Of a stretch of DNA of 64,000 nt, positions 48,701 through 60,700 are shown piece by piece. The notes beneath the pieces were generated by a model. The model worked only from the letters and a program-made list of their open reading frames with translations, did no database searches and was not told where the DNA came from. This stretch comes from a virus. Each line of letters starts with the position of its first letter. The first letter of the stretch is position 1. The stretch lies in IMG/VR virus record IMGVR_UViG_3300023178_003744, positions 1-64,000 of that record, one strand, 5' to 3'. The position numbers and the translations under genes were made by a program.

Positions 48701-51700
48701 ATTATTTGTTATTCTATCAAATTTCATTTTACTTGTAAGAGATCTTGTCTTACTGTTTCCTATTTCTACACTTATTCTTGCAGGTGTGCCAGAGTCTGTT
48801 ATATTAGAAATAATTTCAACTTCGGGTACTGAAAAATATCCTTTACCAGGGTTTATGATTTCACATCTTTTTAATTTGCCATTTGTTCCAATGTATGTTT
48901 TAATTTCTGCACCAGTGCCTGACTTGCTTGTTAAATTTATGATAGGCGGCGTTCTATAACCACTACCCGGATCTATAATATTAACTGCCGTTATTTCAAA
49001 ACTTGCGTTGTCTAACCAAATTTTATTAGGATAATCTTCGACAAATCTAGACTCTACTTCTATTTGATCGTTGATGAATTTTGTCTTAGGAACAACAATT
49101 CGATTCAACTCATCATCATAGACTACTCTTAAATCAAAGTCTGTAGTAAGAGCTCTTGCTGGTTCTAATCTATCATAGATACTTAAATATTCTCTTATTT
49201 TAGTCTTATAAGGCTTTATTTCTTCTATATAATTTTCATAGCTAGGCAAATTATCATTATTAAAAGTAAGATCTTTTCTTAATTTTCCGACATTATGCTT
49301 TGCTTTTATAAAACTTGTTTTAAATAACCAGTCTGCATTATTTTGCTCTGATAGTAAATATCTTATACTAGCAAAAAATAGTTTATTATATTCATCTAAC
49401 AAGTCATTTACAAACAAGTTATTCTTAATTGCATAAAGAATTATTCTAAGTTCAAAAATTGGTAGGAAATCATATAGCTTTATATCAAAACTATTACTAT
49501 CATAACCAAACGGTAAAGGTTTGTAAAGTCTTTCTGAAAATTCTATAGTTCCATTTTGTCTACCAATGGTGTCGTAATCTATTGTATAATCTAAACTATT
49601 AGTTGTGTTAACTCTACGTAGGAGCAACCAGCCACCCGTGCCTACATTTTTAATTTTTACAGTTTGATTAAAATTAATATTAGCTGTATAAATGTCATGT
49701 GTTGTTTCAACAATATGATTTATTTCTGTATTTTGATTATACCCTTTTGCGTACCAGTCTATATAATTCCAGTACAATGTAGTATCAAACTTTTGAGTAA
49801 TTGCTCTAGTCCATACCTGGAATACAGTATCTCTTTCGTATATAGCCCATTTGGTATTGATGTTAGAGTCAGAATTTACTAATACTCTATAACTACGAAC
49901 AGTAGCAATGGTATCTTTATCATAATTTTGCCCTGCGTTTTCTATCACAACAGAACTTAATTTGCCTACACTATCAATAGTAGTAGAAATTACAGCGCCC
50001 GAACCTTGCCCTATTATTTCTACTGTAGGTGCTACTTTGTATCCGCGACCTTTTGATACAATGTCTACTCTAGAAACTCTACCGTTTTCGATAACCAAAG
50101 AAATTTTTGCCTGTGTAAACTTTTCTGTTTTAATATCTGTTAAATCATCATAAGTATCTACAATTTGGTCATAAGCTTGTTGTTCGCTTGTAGGTGGAGG
50201 ATCTGCATCAAATAAAGGTGTTAAATCTTTATTATCTACGATGAGATTTTGTTTTAGCACATAATTTGTACGCTCGACAACCTGTTTCAAAGCTTCAATT
50301 CTGTTTTCAAACCAAGTTTGTCTAGGTGTAAATAGGTTTCCGTATCTATATTTAATAGGAACTCTTGGATCTGGAACTGGTCTTTGAAAATCGTCGTATC
50401 CAATTAAGCTGTCGTACCATTTCAAGATAATATCATCATTAGGCTGACTCGAACCTAAATTTTCTGTTGTGATTTGATATTGTAAGTGCGAATTGTTGTC
50501 TTCATTGCCGACCTTAAAAGTTTGCACACTTAATACTATATCATCATCTGTTAAATATTTCTTTACATTGTTTAGTAAGAATGAATTACCATTTAAGAAA
50601 GAAACAAATTCTATGCCTGCGTTTACAGGGTTGCTAATAATAGAAGCTATCTGAGAAATACTAATATTTCTACCTTCTACATTTGGTATAGTGCTTTTGT
50701 TTTTTACCCAAAAATAGTACCTTGGCACAAATTGTTCTGATACAACATCATATTTTTGTTTAACAGTATATGCTCTATTACCATACACACTAAATCCACC
50801 CGATATTAATCCTTCTTGAACTACAGAATCATATTCAGACGGAGTTAATCGACTTTCTACCCATTCGTACACATCAATACTGCTATTATCAATCAATGTA
50901 TTTTGAGTTTGGGAGTTATATATTACGTCATTTTGATATGTATTTAAGAATGAAGCATTACTAATATCCCACCATACTTTGCCTACATACTCTTCCGCCC
51001 AAGGCGAACCACTATCAAAAATTACATCTTCACCTTCGTCAGAGCTACTACTAGTTGATACTATATTGTAACTAGCTGGATCATCTGGTGTTTTAAATGA
51101 TATTTCTTGCTCTGCAACTCCGGCTATTTTTCCTTGAATAATATCTATGTAGTCTAAATTCCTAATTACTTTGTCTGTTTTTCTGTTATACAAAAAGACT
51201 TTTTTAATCTTACTAAGGTCAACTGTTTCTTCAAGGCTTCTTATTTTTAACCACATTGTATTAGTTGTGGTATCTGTAAGTTTAAAATTATAAATTTGTC
51301 CTATACTATCATCTCTAAATGTCGAAGTTGCATATATGTTATTGTTTTTTAGAACAATTTGAGAACCAAAATTTTCAATGTCATTATCTGGAGCACTTAA
51401 GATTTGCGCTAATAGGAATTCATCATCGATATTATCATAAATGTAAACTTTTCCTTGATTTGCATTTGTATATGCAAACCGTGTAAAGCTGTAATCAAAC
51501 GTTGTGTTATTATTGTCATATGTTGTATCAATAATTGATTCGCTATTTTTTGCGCTAATTAGTAATTTTTCACCGTCGAAATCAATTTCTGTGCCAAATT
51601 GTTCATTTTTGTCATAGTTTTGATTTTCAAGAACAGACAGTAATTCAAACGAGCCGTTAATTTGCTTATAAATTAAAACTCGACCTTCATTTTTTCTAAT

Positions 51701-54700
51701 TGTATCTTTTAAGGGTTCGTTAATAGCAATGTATAATCCAGAACCACTAATTGCTACCCGTGTGCCTAAACCGGAAGTTGTGCTATCTAGCTGATTAGTA
51801 CTATCGTCACCAGTTATTATAGTTTGACTTAATTGATATAGCCCGTTGATATTTCTGTAGACTACAATTTTAGACGGTTTATCTAAATATGTTGCTCTTG
51901 CTACAAGTACATCTCCATTTTTCGATACGTCAAATGTAGAGCCAAATGTCTCTAGTAGTTCTTGATCTAATATAGTAGAGTAATCTACTGAATCATTTAT
52001 AACTACAGTTCCTGTATTGTTAGGTATATGTCCTACATAGTCTATGTATTCAGATTTCTCTGTCCAATTAGCAATATTAAATACACTAGGCACTAGATTT
52101 GTTTTTGCTTCATACAAAGTGCCATCAGGGTCATCAAGATAAATTATATCACCTGTTCTATAATTAAGTGTTTCGTCAAAAGCACCTTTGTATTTCTTAA
52201 ATTTAGCTAGGTCCCAAGAATAATCAACTCCGTCTATAGTACCATTATTAACAAAATATATTTTACCAGGTAATACAATGCTTTCGTCACCTTTCGCTGC
52301 AACAAATGCTTTTTGATTACTACCATCTATTCGTAAAGTTACCTGAGATCCTAAATGTCTATTACTTTGTCTATCTGGTGTTGTAAAGTTACCTATTAGT
52401 TCATGACCCTGCCCTAAACTCTTATATATAGAATACATTCCTTCATTTGTAAAATTACTTGCTTCTCCGTTTATATCAGCTGGAATGTTGAAAATCTCTT
52501 TCCAATTGCTGTTAATAATACTAGGTGATTCATTTGTAATAGGTGCACCTAAAATTTGTCTATTTGTATACAACCAATATTCTGCATCTATTAATTCGTT
52601 TTGACCTGTATACTGTATCTCTAAACTATTGTCAAGTTCTATGCTTACTGTATTTTCAAAAACTAATAAGTCGCCTATTCCTTGAGCTGAATTTCCTAAA
52701 CTTACAGCATTTACATTTCCTATTTCTCTATCTATTTGATAAATCGAGCTAGGGTCGCTAGGTATTGCTAAAAATTCTATAGCTGCTAAGTCACCATAAT
52801 CAAATCCTTTGCTCCAAGTGCCTGTTGTATTTTTTACAAATATTTTTACATTTGTGCCATTACGTTCTATGAATGCAACTTCTGCTGTTGCTCCAGTACT
52901 TTTATCTCTTACTGTTTGGCCAATTTTAGGTTGATAAGGTTCGCCGTTAGTCTGGAATTTTGTAAATTCAAAACTAATGTACCCATTCCAAATGTCAACA
53001 ATATTGTGTTCTCTATTAATTTGCCCCGGTGACAAACCAATATTAGTAATAGGATTTTGTACGCCCAACGTGTAATTAGGAATTTGATTTACATATATGT
53101 AAACGTCATCGCCTATAGATAAAGTGTCTAAAAATGCAGACGGTGCTCTAACAGCAAATTTTGTATTTAAAATTTCTCCATTTACATTATCAGCATTAGG
53201 AAAACCTTCATAGCTAAAAGTTTTAATGTAAGAATTTACATTATTTTCACTGTCTATTATTGTAGTATTAGTATCATATATGTTGTGATAATCATTAATG
53301 TAAGTAGAATCTTCACTTATGTCAAGGTATATTAATCCTCGACCTTCGTCTGTCAATGTAGAACCATTTGTAACTGTATATGTTGGTGTTTCGATAAACC
53401 AAAAACCGCCGTATACAATTCTATCTGCGTCTAGTTGTTTTACAAAATCTCCTACAAATTCACCAGTATTAAGTAAAAACAAAGATGCAGTAGTATTAAA
53501 TGTACCAACAGTATCTTTTAGATATACTATATATTTGTCTTCGTCGTTCTTGTGAACATACGCAACTGTACCTGCGCCAGTTGAAGACTGCACTGCATCG
53601 CCTACTTGTGGAATAGTGTTAATACTTGCAAAATATAATGTTGTATCAATAGCTTCCCTAATTATATGTTGAGATTCAAAAAATGCTTCGTCTATTCCAT
53701 TATATTCTAAATTAAATGGATTTGTTGGCACTAGCGTTTCTTGATCTTGATAGGTTTTTGTAAGTGTGTTCCATGCAAATTTTGCTTGATATGAATCAGC
53801 ATTACGAGTATTATCGTATAAAGTTTTAGGCACTCTTACAAGTATATGATTTACATCTCCTGTAAATGCAGGTATACTAGTACCAGTACGTAGTGCATAA
53901 TTTCCTACATTCAGTATAGAATAAGTTTCTGTTCTGTTTTCTTGATTTGAATCAATAATACCTTGAGTAACACTGCTAAAAGTATTAAACAAGTTTCCGT
54001 CGAGCGCTGGAATTAGATCAAATTTTGATTCCCATAATCTATCTTTATATTTTACAATATCGCCCTCGGAGTATGATACCGACGTTGAAAACGCATCTTT
54101 GTATTTGGTTTTTACATTAGATGCTGTAGGCGAACCTACAATTATATGAGGTCCTTTTATATCTACACTAGAACCAAATTTTAAATTATTACCAATGCTA
54201 GTATCTGGCTCTAATACATCATTTAAAGTCCAAGACGAAGAAGCAGATTTTCTACTGTAAACCCAAACTTTTCCTTGTTCATTTTCAGGATCACCTATTA
54301 CTAAAATATTATTATTATCGTTTACTGCAATACTATCACCAAATGTTCCACTAAATGTTGTTTCGGTATCACTAGGTCCGTTTACTTTTTCTAATAAATC
54401 AAATTGATTACTATTTTTGAGTACTTGCCAATTATTAGATTCGGCAAAATTATCAATCCAAATACGCATATTGTCATCAAAAGATTTCTGTAATGTTTGA
54501 TTAGCTTCGCCGACGTCTGTAAATCTTACCTTCTCTAATTTTGTAATATTTGCTGTTAGATTAGATCCCGAAGGAAGTTGTTTTGTAAATTTTACATATA
54601 ATGTGTCATTTTCTTTTCTTGTAACCTGTCCGAAATAATTAACTGATGAATTATATACTGACTCATTTAAAGTAACTGAACTGTCCGCAAGGTTTCCGCC

Positions 54701-57700
54701 TTGATCAGTATTAGGTGCATAAAAATTGTTTATACCTATAATATCATTTACTTGTATATCGCCAACTGGTTGTTTAAATTGTATTTCTGCAACATAAAAA
54801 GTAAGTGCTTTAGATTCTGTAAAAGCGCCTAAATCGCCAAATAATGATTCAGCTATTGCTTGATCCGATAATCTATTTGCTTGTTGTATTTTTGCTTGAG
54901 TGTCTAGATATTGTTGATAAAGAAAATCAGACTGTTCTCGATCAATAATGTTAACTATTTCTTCTAATGTTAAAGTTTCAGTAGACACATTTATAATTTC
55001 ATAGTCGTCGATAGCTTTGACTTGTAAATCTGTTTTTACATGTTTGTATACATTCCAATCTTCAGTTTTATCACCAAATATCCAAAGATATTCATTATTT
55101 CCTAAAACATTTGTTCCTACTCCTATTATGTCAGCTAGATTTGATAAACCTGCTTTTACATCTTCTTTGTGAACATAACCAGCTGTGTTCACATAGCTAG
55201 TAAATTGTTTTTTAGTGGGGAACGGATTATTAATGTTTTCTGAAGGAACATATACATCATAAGTTGGAATGTTATACGTTGTGTCACCGTTCGTATTTTC
55301 ATCAGCAATTTGTATTAATTGCGGATTAACAATAAACTTTGCTTCGTCTAGTTTAACTTCAAATTCATCAAAAGTTGCCGAAGCACCGTATACACCATCT
55401 CTAATTGCCCATTCTTCATAAAATTCCAAACTGTCTTTATCTTCACTTGCTAACGCATCAAACAATTTAGAAAAAGCATTTTGAGTTCCTTTTTCGAGAA
55501 TCATGCCCTGATAAAATTTATATTGACTTACATCGTCAGCTATAATATTTTCAAGGTAATCTCTTTTTTGATATCCTATTAGGTGTTGAGCAAATTTTTG
55601 CTGCTCGGTATCAAAATTATCACTATCTAGATCATAAAAATCACCAAATTGATTAACTTTATATTCAAAATTAGGTAACAATCCTTGTTTTGGTTTTTCG
55701 TTTAATGCAATCCAATTAGAAGCATTAAAAAATTCTGTACCAAGAATTTTTTTATCCGCAACATAAAATTTTTGTTCATATTGAATAAGGTCGCCTACAT
55801 CATATGATTTATTTGATTCCCACTGTTCGTAATCTGCATCTTGAAAAACAAAACCCGGGATGTTAGCACTACCATTCCACTCATCAGTGCTATAGCCTAA
55901 TATTTTTATTCTTTCTTGCCTATAACCAGGTATAAGATCAAAAATTACGTCACTAAATATAGTTTGATTATTCAATAAAATTACATGCTCTTTTTGAATT
56001 AAGGGCAATTCTACGTGATAAATTCCTTCGCCTGTGTCTTCGTCGTTTACATATAATGTATAGTTAGAATCACTTCTACCTACTGAAGATAAATTAATTT
56101 CTAGTATATTTCCATTAGCATTATACAATGTATTTCCATTAGGACCATTATAAATGTCACCAACTACAGCATAAGGATTTTGGAATTCTAAATAATTAGA
56201 TCCTGGGCTTAAAGAAATTAAGCTACCTTCATCTAAGTCAAATAAAGTCCAAAACAAAAATTCTTTCGACGTGTGTAACCAATTATATACAACATTTTCG
56301 TTGCTTTTATAGTATTCAAAAACAAAACCTTTTTGTTGTAGATATTCGCCATAGCTGATTAAAAAGTCAACTACTTCTTGTTCTGTAGTTAACAAAGTGC
56401 CATATGGGATTTCTTTTATTTTTGCTTGAAATTGTGTACGTATTTCAACTGTTTTACCGCCTATAATAGGCAAGCTATCTAGTTTTGCAAAAAAATCTAG
56501 ATTAAATTCTGTTTCTCTATTTGTTGCGGTACATCTATAAAATGTATTATTATTACGCACAATCGTACCAGTGGTATATAAGTTGCCGCTTTGCCATTCA
56601 ACATATGATTCACTTATACCACCTACGTTTATAGGGTAATCTGTACTACTAGCAATATGAGGGAAAATAGAAAAATATCCTTTTGCTTTGTTATATCCTT
56701 TTAATAAAAATCCTTCTTCAGTTCGTTCAATAATTACACCGCTATAGGAACATATATCAACAGGAGTGCTCTCATTGTAAACAATTTCGTAATCTTCTTC
56801 AGGTACAAAAACATTTCCTTTGTTTAGTGGTGTTCTGCTGTCAAGGATTAACTTTAATTTGTTTTTTTCCGTGTAACCTGCAAATTTAAATCCCATTTGA
56901 TTAGTAATATTTTGCAAGTCATTTTTATAAAGATCGAAATTTTTCTTAATCATTTTTGAATAATTTGCAATATAATTTATTATACCACTAGTTGCAACAT
57001 AATCATCGTCAATATTATTAGGAGGATACACTATGTCTTCTAACTGTAGTCTATTATTAGACGGTTTGTAAATTATATTTCCGCTTATATCTCTTATTTG
57101 ATTATATCTATCAAATGCAGTTGCAAAAAATTCATTAGGTTTATTTAAACCATATGCCATAAGCAATGCAAACGGGTACTCGCTAGATCTACGCCAAGCT
57201 GCTTCAACAGGAGCGCCATCTCCAAATACAAAAGGCTTTTCTATATTATTAAAATTATAAGCACCGATCAAACCAATTTCTAATGGTTTAATTAAATCAC
57301 CATGCTCGTCTACTGGAAGTATTTCAAATAAATTAGGCCTACTATATTTAGGATTGTAAATAGGTCTTTGATTAGGAACACGTATGATACCTTTTTGGAT
57401 GTCTTCCCATAGTAAAAAATTATCTTTTGTGTAAGGCGCTGAACCGTAGGTATCTTTCCACCAAGTAGGCTCAATAGAAAATCCTAGCATTTCCCACGGA
57501 GTAATATTAGGACGATCAGTATCGTAGTAGTATTTGAAAATTTCACGCCAAAAACCTGGCAATTTATTATACTCTATATCTGTACTATCACTGTAGTTAT
57601 AAGTAAAACTATTATCTCGTTCAAAAAAATCATGACTATGATAGTCTGTGTTTATTAAATTTGTCCAAGCAATAAATTCAGGAGTAAGTGCTTTATTAAC

Positions 57701-60700
57701 TAATTCAGTACTCAAAGAATCATTTCTATAAAAGCTAGATTTCACTCTAGATATATCAAATAATTCAGTATTGTAAGTTACTTTAATATTATTAAAAATT
57801 CTTTTTTCTAATTCTACTAAAAGGTCATCTCTATAATCATCATAAGCTTTAGTTATAGATCCGTCATGACCTTGTATAACATTTACTGGTGTTTGTAATG
57901 TTGTATCTAAATAGATTTTTGGTTCAAAAAGAGGATACAAACCTAGTTTAGTTGGAGTAGGCGGAATGTAATTACCATTTGTACTTTCATATTCGTAAAT
58001 TGAAATTACGTCTTGCGGCTGTTTATTAGCCGTTACTACTGCGTAGCCTTCGTTATTAAATGTATAATCAATTCCGTGCAATAATTGTACATCATTCAAA
58101 TAAACTTGAACAGCTCTTGTTGAAGCATCTGCTAGTGTAAAGTTTTCAGCTAAAGGAAAATAAATTTCATCGCTATCTTCAATTTCGTGATCGGTTTTTA
58201 TATTGCCACTGTATGGTACCATATCACTAAAATAGAAGTTGTCATTTGTATTTTTATTACGAGAAAATTCTTCTAAAATTTTATCAACATGAGTTTTTGC
58301 ATCACCGCTAATTCCTAAATTTTCGCTCAAGCTTAAAAATTCACGTTTGAATTTACTATACTCATTTTTAGCATAGCGTATAGCATCAACAAAATTAGCA
58401 TTTTCATTTACTATATGATACAATGATAAATTTAAAGGTGCGCTATGTTGTAAAAAACGTCTACCATTTTTATCAATATCTGATATATCTCTTAAATTAC
58501 TCGAACCAGGATATTGGCCTATAAATTCTGCTGTATTTTCTACAATACTAGATACATGATCATTTACTTCTCCTAAAGTAAAAGTATCTAGATTTTGATT
58601 TTTAGGGTTTCGTTCTAAAGAATACGGAAATTCATATTTTCCATTTTGATTTTTCTGTAAATCTGAGGTAGTTTTTATGACTATGTTGTCGCCATACTCT
58701 AAAGCAGCAATAAAATCAATTCTTGCATATTCAGTTACATCGGGCTCTACAGTATAGTCTGTACCTTTAATTAAAAGTTCATTATTTTTGAATACATTGA
58801 TCTGTATATTTTCAATATTGTTTGAACTATCGTCATATACGTCTATATAAACATTATTAAAAGATTCGTCATATACATATTGTCTGATCACAGGTTGTTT
58901 ATATTCAGTAATTTTTTGCCATTGAGACACATTTTCAAAATCTGTTCTATTTTGATATTTTCGTAAATAGCCTTTGTTTACCTCTACAATCTTCTCGTTT
59001 TCGTTTTCTATGTACGTAAAAGTACTTTGACCGTAATCAGACTCAAATACAATATCTCCTACATTATTAATATTTTGATATGATAAAGGAAAGCCTAATT
59101 CAGAGTCTGAAACACCAGTTCCAACTTTGTATCCTACAATTCTATTACCATTAAATGTGCTAGATTCATAATAATTAATATCTCCGTAGCTGTAGTTATT
59201 GCTATCAAACATATCAAACAACGGAGCTTGATTTCTTTGAATTTTTCTTTGACTTACAGTCCAGGTATTATTTGCAAAAGATAAAACTTTCCCTTTATAT
59301 TCATTACCTCTTAAAACTGCAACTGTTTCGTTTTCTAAAGATTCTGCATCGTCGGCTTCTACTAAAGTAATTTGCCTTCTACCTGACACAATAGCATCAT
59401 CTTCAATTGTACCATCATATGTAATAAATTTTACTGTATAAATTTTATTTGTTACGAACGGATCTAGATCTGCAAGGAACAATACTCTCATACCGTCTGC
59501 TAAATCTACACCATCTACATTATATCCTATGCTTCCTTCAATAACAGAAAATACATCAACAGTAAAATCATCAACCAAATCAATATTCTGTTTTGCTTTT
59601 GTGCCATAGTTATATAATTTAATATTAGGATTAAATTCAATAATAGGTCTGCTGGCTCTAAAATTTTGATCTAATTCAACAACAGAATTATTTAGGTCTG
59701 CTGACTGTTGAATAATATCTTTATGGAACCATCTATTGTGTCGTGACCATAGATTTCCATCTATAGATGATCTGTTAATTGTTAAATAATCTTTTTGCGA
59801 CGGATATCCAATCGCTGTATCAAACGGTTTAGAATCAAATTGTATACTATCAAAGTCTACTTCTATATCTGGTGTGTATTCAGAAGGTATATTAAGAGAA
59901 TTTTCTTCTATGAGAGTAATACTATCTCCAACTCCTTCGACGTAGAATGTTTTATCTTTATAATATGCTGGCTCAACTTCACCGATAAATTTAATTTTCA
60001 TTCCGTTAGAAAATTCAACGCCGTTGCCTGATTTATAGTATTTCTTTTGTAGAATTTCTGCTTCTACGTCAACAAAAGCAGCTTCCTCTAAATCTTTGAT
60101 TTCAATGCGTCCATTAATATTAATATCCTCTGTTGATACATACCATAGAGTGTCCGGCGCATACTGGCTTAACTGTAAAGTTGCTGTGCCTTTTTCTAAA
60201 CCTTGTATATCTAAGCCTTCATATATTATAATAGATGAACTATCTAAATCAAAATTCGGCTGATCGGTTAATTTACTTCTAAATACAATAGGAAAATTTG
60301 GTATATCAACATCAAATTTATATGTTATGCCTCTATACAATGTTAAAGTAGGATTGTTCGTTAATCCATCTGGTGTAAAGATATACGAGTACGAATCTAA
60401 ATTATCACCAAGTCTTACTTTTATAGTACTATCAACTTCTACCGAGTTTCCAGCAATACTAATTGCTTGAGGCCCGCTAGGTAGCCAATAGTATTCTCTA
60501 AAATTAGCAAATTTATCCCAATTGATATTAGGGTTCCATGCATAAAATTCTTGCTGGGTTAATAAACTATAATCTTTGTTAGCAGAATTATAATTTGCAA
60601 ATGCATTAGTATAATCATTAAAATCTTTATAGAATCTTGTATTGCCTAAATTATCTTTTATAATCGACGCAGGCTCAAACTTATAATCATTTCTCTTTTT